Source: a virus (Duplodnaviria; Heunggongvirae; Uroviricota; Caudoviricetes). Taken from it: a stretch of DNA of 33,826 nucleotides. Shown here piece after piece: positions 25,782 through 33,826 of the stretch. Position numbers and translations under genes: made by a program. Below the pieces are notes generated by a model that had not been told where the DNA came from, searched no databases, and worked only from the letters and a program-made list of their open reading frames with translations. How positions within the stretch are numbered: the stretch's first letter is position 1; the number at the start of each line of letters is the position of its first letter. The stretch spans positions 1-33,826 of IMG/VR virus record IMGVR_UViG_2690316318_000017; one strand, written 5' to 3'.

Positions 25782-26005
25782 TTGCAGTTAAACCTTCTTT
25801 TGTGACGTTCTACAGCGGCTTTCATGGCGTTGTGCACGGTTCTTTTAATAATCCGGCGTCCCGCACTGTCATAGAACCGCCACCGGGAAGCCCCCGGATA
25901 TTTAGGGAACTCAACCGCTGCGCTACCGTCATTCATCCTGTATTCGTGGCGTTCTCCGGGAGGCTGGTATATTGCTTCGGTAACACTGAGAAGTTTAAAA
26001 GCCAT
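25778..26005 (-). CDS. Hypothetical small basic protein
   Basis: 75 aa ORF, 4-nt overlap with the downstream gene. Confidence 0.25.
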   Translation of the reverse strand: MAFKLLSVTEAIYQPPGERHEYRMNDGSAAVEFPKYPGASRWRFYDSAGRRIIKRTVHNAMKAAVERHKRRFNCK

Positions 26006-26007
26006 CG

Positions 26008-26718
26008 TTACGCCCTCCCCAGTGCCAGCGGTCTGTTGCTCTGACCATTAACCCCCTGATGCAGCCTGGCGTTTTTCCCGGCGATAAAACCGGCTGTAGC
26101 AGCAAACTCTGCACCCCGGCACGCTTTAGCTGTGCGCATATCCCCGTCGCGCAGTCCTTTAGTGCTGTGCAGATTCTTTCTGTAAAGCTCAAGGCGGCTT
26201 TTTTCTTCCGGGGAGACGTCATACACCGCAATGACATCATGGGCACCAAAGACCCAGCCTTCGCAGAACTGGTCGCCACGGGCCACCCGCGTGGACGGGC
26301 CGCAACGTTTGCAGTGTTTATCCTGATATTTTTTACGTTCAGCCATCATCTGACGGGAAAGCACATCAAACGCGTATGCCGCAATTTCCGGGCGGCTGTC
26401 AGGACCATAAAAACGCACGTAACGTTTGAGTGAACCAGAAGCCCGGTATTCGCCGGAGATGTAACACTCGACACCGAAGGCTTTACAGACCAGGTCGCAC
26501 AGGATGTGCATATAACGCGGCGGCGTACTGGCATCACTCGGCGCCCCCGCGCTGGCAGCTTCCTGAATGTCGAACAATTCAGCGTCGTTTTCGCTGATGC
26601 CATGCTGGCGCATATAAGCCTGGGCTTTTGCAATAGCGTTAGCGGCTTCTTCCGGGCTTGATGTTCCTCTGGCAAGGCGTAACAGTTTTTTGATTTTGGC
26701 AATGTATTTATCTTTCAT
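26008..26718 (-). CDS. Hypothetical protein with DUF2786-like N-terminus and Cys cluster
   Basis: 236 aa; N-terminus MKDKYIAKIKKLLRLARGTSSPEEAANAIAKAQAYMRQHGISE is typical of DUF2786-type prophage proteins; mid-protein HCKRCG...CEGW Cys cluster. Confidence 0.4.
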   Translation of the reverse strand: MKDKYIAKIKKLLRLARGTSSPEEAANAIAKAQAYMRQHGISENDAELFDIQEAASAGAPSDASTPPRYMHILCDLVCKAFGVECYISGEYRASGSLKRYVRFYGPDSRPEIAAYAFDVLSRQMMAERKKYQDKHCKRCGPSTRVARGDQFCEGWVFGAHDVIAVYDVSPEEKSRLELYRKNLHSTKGLRDGDMRTAKACRGAEFAATAGFIAGKNARLHQGVNGQSNRPLALGRA

Positions 26719-26996
26719 GGTCGTCTGAACCTCAGCATCCTGAATTCTGAATTACGCAACTTCCGGCACGGCCTTCAGGAGCGTGGGGAGCTCGTTCTGG
26801 CTGCGGCGCTGAATGAACATCTGCTGTTGATTGAGAACTGGTCGCAAGACGATTAAAACAAACGATTGTCAGATTAATTTCGCGGGCGAATTTTTTTTGC
26901 TTAGCGATATTCATAAATAAACTTCCTCAGATTCAGGCGTAAGCCAGCCCCGGCGGGTTTACGCCTGTTTTAAATAACAATTAAAAACAAATTAAA

Positions 26997-27188
26997 TTAA
27001 TGCGGTGCTTTCAGTGTTTCGACTTTAACGAAATAAGGCTCGACATTAATTTCAACCACACAACCACATTTAAAATCTCTGGCAGGTGCAACAGTTTTTA
27101 CCACCCGACCACCACGCACTGCCCGATGTGCAATGTGCATGAAGCGAGTCCCTGGCGGATATAGCTGATTAAAGCGTTTCGCGTTCAT
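26997..27188 (-). CDS. Hypothetical small protein
   Basis: 63 aa ORF; start overlaps the upstream gene stop. Confidence 0.25.
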   Translation of the reverse strand: MNAKRFNQLYPPGTRFMHIAHRAVRGGRVVKTVAPARDFKCGCVVEINVEPYFVKVETLKAPH

Positions 27189-27492
27189 GAGGCGGCTTCC
27201 ATCCTTTCAGGTGAGCATTGGCACAGAACTCTGCCCGGTGTTCCGCCCAGATGCGGCGCAGGGTACTACACGGGCTTTGTGCTGCCTTACGCCACAGTTT
27301 TTCAGCTTCGGCATAATCGCCGCGTTGTTCTGCTCTGGACGCGCCCAGCGAATACGCTGCGCAACGGTTCCCGGCCCTGTACTCTTTGATATCCTGATGC
27401 ATGTTAAACCCCTGCAATATCAAGCGGGATTGCGCGGTATTCAGCAGAATCACCGACGCGCTCATACACGCGGATATAGCTTTTGCTGCCAA
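27169..27492 (-). CDS. Small helical protein, possibly ANR-family regulator-like
   Basis: Motif AEQRGDYAEAEKLWRKAA...RRIWAEHRAEFC resembles ANR-type small regulators; true start probably the internal MHQDIKEY ATG near 27402. Confidence 0.3.
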   Translation of the reverse strand: MAAKAISACMSASVILLNTAQSRLILQGFNMHQDIKEYRAGNRCAAYSLGASRAEQRGDYAEAEKLWRKAAQSPCSTLRRIWAEHRAEFCANAHLKGWKPPHERETL

Positions 27493-28048
27493 TTACCTGG
27501 ACGGCTTCACCAATCAGCGACATGGCGTTATTCCAGCGTTCGTCCTCAATCTCGAGGCGACGCAGGGCCAGAACGCGACCGGTGTTGATGTTGCCTTCCT
27601 TGTCCGTGCTGAATGCCTCACTGATGATGGCCTTAATTTCAGGACGTGCACCTTCCGTCCAGTCAGCCAGGCAATCATCAATCAGCGACTTCGCGGTCTG
27701 AATGCGTTCATCAAACGCGATACGGTCCTGCATGGCGCGCTGAATCTTGTAACGCCCGTCAAAGCTGTAAAGCGTGATATTCCCTTTTTTGCCGCCTTTC
27801 ACAGCGCCGTATTTCTCCGCCGACAGGTCAATAAATGCCTGGATATCACCAAACGCACGCAGTTTCAGTTCCCGCAGTGAGGCGGAGGCAGCAATCACCA
27901 TCTCCACAAGCTCACCGACCAGCTGCTCGCGGTCGCGGTCAATATCTTTGATAAGGCTTTCAGGTGTCATTACGCCACGGGCATCCACCCAGTAACCTTC
28001 AGGCGCTTGAGTTTTCGTGTATTGCTTAACTTTATTTTCAGTCGTCAT
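27404..28048 (-). CDS. Hypothetical early protein (possibly DUF3164-like)
   Basis: 214 aa charged ORF in the position where Mu carries semi-essential early genes; does not resemble Mu Gam as I recall it. Confidence 0.3.
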   Translation of the reverse strand: MTTENKVKQYTKTQAPEGYWVDARGVMTPESLIKDIDRDREQLVGELVEMVIAASASLRELKLRAFGDIQAFIDLSAEKYGAVKGGKKGNITLYSFDGRYKIQRAMQDRIAFDERIQTAKSLIDDCLADWTEGARPEIKAIISEAFSTDKEGNINTGRVLALRRLEIEDERWNNAMSLIGEAVQVIGSKSYIRVYERVGDSAEYRAIPLDIAGV

Positions 28049-28077
28049 AATTAAATTACCTCAGTGATATTTACAGA

Positions 28078-28314
28078 TTAATGTGTGTTATGCGCGCAGG
28101 GGTCCACGCCAACAGAAAATAAATCAACGCCGTTAAATTCTTTATTAAGCGTTTGATTCATTACCTCCCATAACCGTTGTCTTACTCCGACCTCTTTATC
28201 CGTAAATCCTTTTTTATCAATAGCCCCCATACTCCTGACACGAAGCGTGCCGTTTTCATCGGTATAGATGATTACCTCTAACTTAACCGCCATGTTTTCC
28301 ACCTTTGAAATCAA
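28078..28314 (-). CDS. Small protein, member of three-gene paralogous array
   Basis: Internal start MAVKLEVIIYTDENG shares the N-terminal pattern with the next two ORFs. Confidence 0.35.
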   Translation of the reverse strand: MISKVENMAVKLEVIIYTDENGTLRVRSMGAIDKKGFTDKEVGVRQRLWEVMNQTLNKEFNGVDLFSVGVDPCAHNTH

Positions 28315-28474
28315 ACGATTTAAAAATAATTTCGTTCATAAAACAGTGAGTTTTTATGATAATGTCGGAAACCTGCTCTCCCGTGACATCAGGCGGCAAC
28401 TGATACGTCGCGACAGCTTTCTCCGGTTTACCAGGCCTGTCCAGGCTGAAGGTTAACTCAAGCTCTAATGACAT
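28283..28474 (-). CDS. Small protein, member of three-gene paralogous array
   Basis: N-terminus MSLELELTFSLD; tandem with the two related ORFs. Confidence 0.35.
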   Translation of the reverse strand: MSLELELTFSLDRPGKPEKAVATYQLPPDVTGEQVSDIIIKTHCFMNEIIFKSFDFKGGKHGG

Positions 28475-28484
28475 TTTTCACCTC

Positions 28485-28736
28485 TCAATGCATTTGTGTC
28501 TCTTGAGGAATATACGGACATCCCTGTGCCAGTTGTTTCACGTAATCATGGTAGATTTGCAGATCAAGCCGTTCATTTCCGTGTTTCTCCTTCAGAATCG
28601 TACAAATAGCGCCAACAGTCCCCAGAGTTCTTGCCGCTTCTTCGAGTGTGGCATTGTCGCCATTTTCCACCCGAATAAGGTTATGGCACTGGTTATTACC
28701 CAGGTCGGTAAATACTATTGTTAATTTCACGCTCAC
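28485..28736 (-). CDS. Small protein, member of three-gene paralogous array
   Basis: N-terminus MSVKLTIVFTDLG; tandem with the two related ORFs. Confidence 0.35.
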   Translation of the reverse strand: MSVKLTIVFTDLGNNQCHNLIRVENGDNATLEEAARTLGTVGAICTILKEKHGNERLDLQIYHDYVKQLAQGCPYIPQETQMH

Positions 28737-28751
28737 TTTTAATTCCTCGTT

Positions 28752-28991
28752 TTATTGCCATACGACGGTGCAGCCGTCGATACAGGACGTTTTAACCACA
28801 CGACGCAGGCCGCTGAATGTCTGGATGATTTCCGTTATCGGCCATACAGGACCGCCCACGGGCGGGCAGGCATAAACCACAGGTAAACGGTGATGTTGCC
28901 CAGTTACGCGACCGCCGGTGGTGTGGATGGCTACACGGGCACGGGAACGGACGGCGTTAATGGTCTGCTTGTCCATCGTCTTGTTCTCCAT
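28752..28991 (-). CDS. Hypothetical small protein immediately downstream of B (kil-like position)
   Basis: 79 aa ORF whose start overlaps the B stop codon. Confidence 0.3.
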   Translation of the reverse strand: MENKTMDKQTINAVRSRARVAIHTTGGRVTGQHHRLPVVYACPPVGGPVWPITEIIQTFSGLRRVVKTSCIDGCTVVWQ

Positions 28992-29884
28992 CAGTGAATT
29001 AACATTTCTGAATATTTATCAATGACCTGCACACTGACCGGTGCATCGCTGATATCACAAATCCGGTACACACCGCGCGCCAGCTTGAACAGACGACGGG
29101 CATTGCCCAGCGAACGTGTGTAAAGTGCCTCACCAATTTCCGGGTCTGCCGCTTCCGGCATCATGTCTGTGGCAATCTTGTTAAAATCTTCCTGCGTCAG
29201 CGTATCGCCCAGGTTAAGCGCCAGCGCCACGCGGCTGTATAATTGAGCGAACTCACCACAACGGCCCTTAAGGTTAATCAGAAGGTGAGGCATACCCGCC
29301 AGGACAATCCCGATACCCGCTTTGTCATGCAGACGGCGCAATACCTCCAGTGCACGATAGGGAAGCAGTTCAGCCTCATCCACCATCAGCAGACGACCTG
29401 ACCCACGCAGTTCACGCACACAGGCATCAATCTTCTCGCGAATATCGCCGTGAACCTTTATACCCAGCTGACGGCACAGTTCATCGAGTAACTTTCTGGC
29501 CGTATAGCCAATATCGGCTTCAATGAGCACTACATCCCGGTTTCTGGCAGCATACTCACTCAGAATCATGCTTTTACCCAGACCCGCCGCGCCATACAGC
29601 ACGCAAATATCACACTCCAGATGGGCGTAGGTCAGCACCTCCAGCCCTTTGGCGGCCATGCCGGTGGTGACAAATCGCACTTTAATACGGCGGTTGTTTT
29701 CCTTTTCCCATTCACGGGTCACAAAGGCAGAAATGCGTTCTTCAATATCAGCCATATCGCCCTGATATTTACCCTGCAAATACTGGTTAATAACGGCGCT
29801 GCTACGACCAATAGCACGGGCAACGTGGGTCTGCGTAAAGCCGCGACGGGCCATTACGTCATTTAATTGCGTAATTAAACTCAT
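28991..29884 (-). CDS. B: Transposition ATPase, MuB-like
   Basis: 297 aa; N-terminal HTH-like region then Walker A (GAAGLGKS) and Walker B-like (LLMVDEAE) motifs; directly downstream of the transposase. Confidence 0.8.
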   Translation of the reverse strand: MSLITQLNDVMARRGFTQTHVARAIGRSSAVINQYLQGKYQGDMADIEERISAFVTREWEKENNRRIKVRFVTTGMAAKGLEVLTYAHLECDICVLYGAAGLGKSMILSEYAARNRDVVLIEADIGYTARKLLDELCRQLGIKVHGDIREKIDACVRELRGSGRLLMVDEAELLPYRALEVLRRLHDKAGIGIVLAGMPHLLINLKGRCGEFAQLYSRVALALNLGDTLTQEDFNKIATDMMPEAADPEIGEALYTRSLGNARRLFKLARGVYRICDISDAPVSVQVIDKYSEMLIH

Positions 29885-29902
29885 AATTAAATACCTTTTA
29901 AA

Positions 29903-31978
29903 TTAACGATTATTTGTGCCGTTTTTCTTTAAATTGCGCTCACGGTCAGACACGAATAAATAAAGTTCTTCTTTTTCCTTTTTCTCCTGGCGTTCCAGTC
30001 CATATCCCAGATTAAAGTCAGGCTTCTGCGTAATAGCCGGGGTAAGCTCGCGTTTAGCCTCTTCGATTTTCTGCGTGGCCCGTGCAATGCGGCCTCTGGC
30101 GCGTTTCTCCTGCTGCTGTTCGATAACAGCTTTCGGGAACGCATCAACCTTATTACCGTTCCAGATGGCATCGCAGATATAAGAGCCATCAGCCCGCCGG
30201 ACAATGACGCTGTTTGCATCATGAATATCGTAACTGACCCTGACTTCATTCCCGTGCTCTGCGGCCAGCTCATACGAGTAATAAATATTGTTGAATAACT
30301 GAATTTCCCCGCGAAATGTTTTGCGCGTCACTTCCGGCCTGAACATTTCATGCAGTTCTTCCTGCGACAGAAAATCAATTTCAACATTCTGCTCTTTTAT
30401 CAGTTTCCGGCGATACGCTGCCGGGCTGTAATATTCGCCATCCTCTTTGCGGGGAAGGCTGCTGTGTGGCCGGTTGTTATAGCGTCTGACCTCCAGCTCT
30501 ATGGCGGCCATCAGTTGCTCAAAGGTAGGGATTTCATCCCTCGCCTTAACCTGCCGTTTTGTCAGCTCTTTCCCTTTGTGGGTGGCCTTAATGGCTGACT
30601 GTGTGATGCGTTGCTGCATCATCACCGTTTCCTTGTCTGCATTTTTTGAGCAGTACGTCTGGAAACTCAGAGCCACATCTTTGGGTATTCCTTTGTTTGC
30701 TCGTTCTATTACCCCGCGCCCCTGCGGGTTACCAGGTATCCCCGTGTGATGCTCCACACCCAGCCGGGGCAGAATCCCGGTAATATCGGCATCAAGTACC
30801 TGGTTTTTTTCACCGCCCCCGTTATCGGAGTAATAAATCAGCGGTATTCCGTGCTGTGCCATGCCGTAACGTAATGCATCAGCAACGGCTATCACGTTTT
30901 CCGACAGGGACAGGGACCAGCCCACAACAAAGCGCTGCCCCGCATCCATAACCAGCGTCACTTCTGGCCGGAAAATATTGCCGGTCAGGGGGTTAAACGC
31001 GGTCATTTTCATACAATGACCATCCCCGACCCATACCGCATTAACCGGTAATGATGTCCACTCGCGCCGCACAAAGGGATTGAGCGAACGCCAGGCTGAA
31101 CCTGTGGAGCGGAAACGCTCCTTAACAATCACCGGGACGCTGCTTAACACCCGTCTTACTGCGTGAACTGAAGGCAGTGCCGCCAGCATTCCCGCATCGT
31201 TCGCGTGTTTTTCATGCCACCAGGCTGAAAACTCGCGATACGCATATTCAACGGTCGGTCGCTTCCATGAGCGATAGAACATAAAGAAATCGCTCAACCA
31301 CCAGACCTGCTCCCACGGTGTCCCCTTATGATGACCGGGAGCCAGTAACGCCAGTAACTGATTGGCATCACCGCGCGCCATCACCCAGCTGGAGTACCAG
31401 CTATCCAGGCTGCCGGTGCTGACACCGGTTCGCTTTCCCTGACGTGCATTTGCAGTATTAGCTGCTTCGATAATGCGGTCAGGTAACGCCCCCATGCGCA
31501 CACCATCAACGATGTGCTTTAACGCGGCCTTCCTGGTCATTCCGGCGTATTCACGCAGTTTATGCACTTCAGTAGCCAGCAATATCCGCGCATCAGCGAT
31601 GGCCTTTTGCTTGTCGGTCAGTGCCTGGACTTCGCGTAATGCCAGTTCAGGGCATTTGACCATCACTTCAAGTTCATCGCGAATGGTGACGTTCTTAACT
31701 GCCTTCTGCTCAACCACAACGGGCAGTTGCGTATCTTCCAGGACCTGATGGGTCAGGCGTTGACGTAAAACCTTCTGAACATCTTTAGGTAAACTGGATA
31801 TATGGTACTCATATATTTTCCCCTGAACTCCAGACTTCCTTCTTCTTGTCCAGTTCGCTCGTTTAGCTTTTTGAGTGATCCCCTGTACAGTTTTCGGTAG
31901 CCCTTGAAGCCCTGTTAGTTCATTCAACGTAAACCATTCAGGTTCGAACTTGACTTCATAGTCGTTGTTCTTATTCAT
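29903..31978 (-). CDS. A: DDE transposase, MuA-like
   Basis: 691 aa; N-terminal DNA-binding domain paralogous to the repressor N-terminus; central core with acidic residues (VWVGDGHCMKM... and IYYSDNGGGEKN) consistent with a DDE/RNase H-fold catalytic domain. Confidence 0.9.
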   Translation of the reverse strand: MNKNNDYEVKFEPEWFTLNELTGLQGLPKTVQGITQKAKRANWTRRRKSGVQGKIYEYHISSLPKDVQKVLRQRLTHQVLEDTQLPVVVEQKAVKNVTIRDELEVMVKCPELALREVQALTDKQKAIADARILLATEVHKLREYAGMTRKAALKHIVDGVRMGALPDRIIEAANTANARQGKRTGVSTGSLDSWYSSWVMARGDANQLLALLAPGHHKGTPWEQVWWLSDFFMFYRSWKRPTVEYAYREFSAWWHEKHANDAGMLAALPSVHAVRRVLSSVPVIVKERFRSTGSAWRSLNPFVRREWTSLPVNAVWVGDGHCMKMTAFNPLTGNIFRPEVTLVMDAGQRFVVGWSLSLSENVIAVADALRYGMAQHGIPLIYYSDNGGGEKNQVLDADITGILPRLGVEHHTGIPGNPQGRGVIERANKGIPKDVALSFQTYCSKNADKETVMMQQRITQSAIKATHKGKELTKRQVKARDEIPTFEQLMAAIELEVRRYNNRPHSSLPRKEDGEYYSPAAYRRKLIKEQNVEIDFLSQEELHEMFRPEVTRKTFRGEIQLFNNIYYSYELAAEHGNEVRVSYDIHDANSVIVRRADGSYICDAIWNGNKVDAFPKAVIEQQQEKRARGRIARATQKIEEAKRELTPAITQKPDFNLGYGLERQEKKEKEELYLFVSDRERNLKKNGTNNR

Positions 31979-32174
31979 AACGTGATGGCCAAATTTCTTC
32001 TGGCTTTTTACCGATCACACTAGCGACAATCATTTCTGCTTTGGGCCATTTTGTACGTAGAACATTACCCAAACTTCTTGATTTCATTCCATGCTCTCGT
32101 GAAAGCCGACTAAAGTTTGTTCCTTTCTTTTCTAGTTCCGCCTTGATATCTGACGGATGCATATCTTGTCTCAC
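31971..32174 (-). CDS. ner: Ner-like DNA-binding early regulator
   Basis: Conserved Ner/Nlp pattern KKGTNFSRLSREHG...WPKAEMIVASVIGKKPEEIWPSRY; listed start is GTG, ATG 4 codons in is likely; overlaps the transposase start. Confidence 0.8.
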   Translation of the reverse strand: MRQDMHPSDIKAELEKKGTNFSRLSREHGMKSRSLGNVLRTKWPKAEMIVASVIGKKPEEIWPSRYE

Positions 32175-32420
32175 GTCTCTACCTCTTCACATAAATCAAC
32201 AGATATGAGATCTTGAGTGATTACTCGCATGTGTACGCGATTGAGTTACTCACCTGCGTGAAGAATACTAGATTTAAACAATGTTTAAGTCAACACGTTT
32301 AAATCTATGTTTAAAACATTTTAGCAAGCAGGTTGCTTATCGTTTTGTTTTTGAAGTAATTTTTGCGTTTTAAACAAAAGCTCTATTTCATGCTCTTTTG
32401 TTTAAATCTAAGGGGTTAGA
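32175..32420. promoter_or_regulatory. Divergent early/repressor promoter-operator region
   Basis: 246 bp AT-rich intergenic region between divergent ner and repressor genes with five TTTAAA cores and an exact 11-bp direct repeat GTTTAAATCTA at about 32297 and 32400. Confidence 0.6.
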
Positions 32421-32999
32421 ATGAAACAAGAATGGGTTGCCGCAAAAGACCTGGTAGGGCTTCATGGTTTACCTGCCACAATTCAGGGAATTCACCAAAA
32501 AGCCAAAAGGGGCGGATGGCGCAAAGAGAAAAGAATTACACCTGGTGTGAAGGGACATCAGGTATACTTCTACTTGCCTGATTTGCCTGAAAAAATACGC
32601 TGCTCCTTGGTGTCGAAAGACGGAGAAACTCCAGTGAGGAATGATTTAAACAAAGGGTTGATATCAATACTGGAAATGACATCCGCAGAAGATCAATTCA
32701 ATCTTTTTCGCGCTTTGTGTGAATTTGGCATCAAAGGAGTCCTAGAACACCTACAACAACCCACCAGGCAAGCTACGCAGGCCGACAGCGACCAGGACGA
32801 ACAGGAGAATGCCATCAGAAGCCTAAACATCAGGGAATCGCTTAAAGATGTTATATGTATGGCTCTAGATGGTAATGAAGAAACCGACAAAGAGATTTTG
32901 CGACGCATCGAATCTCGTGCACGGGCTGGGTCGCCAGGTGGTCAGACCGTTGCCACGCCGGAGCAAGAAACGAAGCCTGTAAACAAGAAATCAGCATAA
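32421..32999 (+). CDS. c: Mu-type repressor (c-like)
   Basis: 192 aa, only phage ORF on plus strand, divergent from ner-A-B; N-terminal 60 aa is paralogous to the transposase N-terminus (shared Mu operator/enhancer-binding domain); RBS AAGGGG. Confidence 0.6.
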   Translation: MKQEWVAAKDLVGLHGLPATIQGIHQKAKRGGWRKEKRITPGVKGHQVYFYLPDLPEKIRCSLVSKDGETPVRNDLNKGLISILEMTSAEDQFNLFRALCEFGIKGVLEHLQQPTRQATQADSDQDEQENAIRSLNIRESLKDVICMALDGNEETDKEILRRIESRARAGSPGGQTVATPEQETKPVNKKSA

Positions 33000-33160
33000 G
33001 CGCCTCGTTTTGGCGGGGCGTGTGCTGTTAGCTAATCAGCAATAACCACAACAAAACCGAACACAACAGATGAGAACAAATTGAGGAAAACGGGCAAGGA
33101 TAAAACACTTTTTAAAAGCATTTAAAACCCGTTAAGTTTGTAGCAGAACCAGATCAAAAG

Positions 33161-33303
33161 CGCCCAGAAATGAGCGCAAAAAAAAGCGTTTTTGGTCATT
33201 TCTCACAAATCCGCCCAGAATCACACTAAATCACCACACCCCGCGCCACACAAGGCTTGCAGGTTCTACCAGGCTGCACGAACTCCGCCCAGAATTGATC
33301 ACT
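33161..33303. repeat. Three putative transposase-binding end repeats (L1-L3-like)
   Basis: CGCCCAGAA-containing ~20-bp motifs at about 33161, 33212 and 33287, the last ending about 10 bp from the prophage terminus ...CCCCACA. Confidence 0.55.
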
Positions 33304-33311
33304 ACCCCACA

Positions 33312-33826
33312 TTGTCCTTGCTTATAAAACGAAGGATGACCGTTTCATTCAGATTTGTATGCCCGTTTATGACGCTTACTATCCGAAGTTTATTAGCTGT
33401 ATTGGCCGCCCTGATCTGGCCGGAGATGAACGCTATACCCGTTTGCAGGAAGTGGCGAAACATATGCGGTCTCCCGAAGTTTACGACATCATTTGGCAAC
33501 AAATAGAACAAAAAACTGCCAGCGAATGGCGGGAGATCCTGATTGAAAATGATATTCCGTTCAGTGTGGCGCAAACGTGGGAAGAAGTTCTACAGGACGA
33601 GCAGGCGTGGGCAATTGATGTATTTTATTCCATGAAATATGCCAATGGCAGTGAGAAGGCGTTGGTACGCCCCCCCATTTCGCTGCGTGAATGTGGTCTG
33701 CCGGATTATTTGCGAGCACCGCTGTTAGGGGAAAATACGCCGCAAATTTTGCGCGACCTCGGGTACAGCGAAGCGGAAATTACCCAACTTGAAGCTGATA
33801 ACGATATTGCTGTCTGGCGTGACTGA
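33312..33826 (+). pseudogene. Host family-III (CaiB/BaiF-type) CoA-transferase gene, 3' fragment interrupted by the prophage
   Basis: Frame containing ORF 33359..33826 is open upstream to about 33299 and encodes ...IVLAYKTKDDRFIQIC...IGRPDLAGDERY..., a family-III CoA-transferase pattern; it stops inside the phage end repeats, so only the C-terminal ~170 aa are present. Confidence 0.65.

Larger units (their letters stand above)
1..33311. mobile_element. Mu-like transposable prophage, partial (tail-fibre side continues beyond window start; repressor/transposase end at about 33311)
   Basis: Contiguous Mu-type gene order on the minus strand with a divergent repressor on plus; MuA-like DDE transposase and MuB-like ATPase instead of an integrase; three CGCCCAGAA-containing repeats in the last ~150 bp before host coding sequence resumes. 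Confidence 0.85.

Noticed and set aside
27404-28048. Calling the 214 aa early protein the Mu Gam host-nuclease inhibitor
   Set aside because: The sequence does not resemble Mu Gam as I recall it and is longer; only the genomic position is similar, so it is left as hypothetical.
1-33826. CRISPR array, tRNA or rRNA genes, tyrosine/serine integrase, tRNA-associated att site
   Set aside because: No spaced direct-repeat array or cloverleaf-like conserved segments were seen and no integrase-like ORF is present; the element uses a DDE transposase, so att-site logic does not apply.

Overview
The window is almost entirely one Mu-like transposable prophage (DDE transposase, no integrase). About 33.3 kb of it is present: it enters at the window start inside a tail-fibre gene and ends at about 33311, where host DNA begins. 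Nearly all phage genes are on the minus strand in Mu order: tail fibre and baseplate, tape measure, chaperone, tube, sheath, head, portal, terminase, lysis cassette, a Mor/C-family activator, a ~6 kb block of small early accessory genes, then B, A and ner. The repressor is divergently transcribed on the plus strand. The last ~0.5 kb is the 3' part of a host family-III CoA-transferase gene that the insertion has interrupted. Non-coding structure worth noting: three copies of a dyad-symmetric GGGTGTTCAGCAC(CC) motif upstream of the lysis, head-protease and baseplate blocks (candidate late promoters); an AT-rich perfect palindrome in the genome centre; TTTAAA-rich operator repeats between ner and the repressor; and three CGCCCAGAA repeats at the prophage end. 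I found no rRNA, tRNA or CRISPR array and cannot recognise any known defence system. The best candidates for new biology are the unassignable small genes of the early region, including a three-gene paralogous array. Everything here is from reading the sequence and ORF translations; no database search or structure prediction was run, family names are from memory of conserved motifs, and hand-located coordinates may be off by 1-2 nt.
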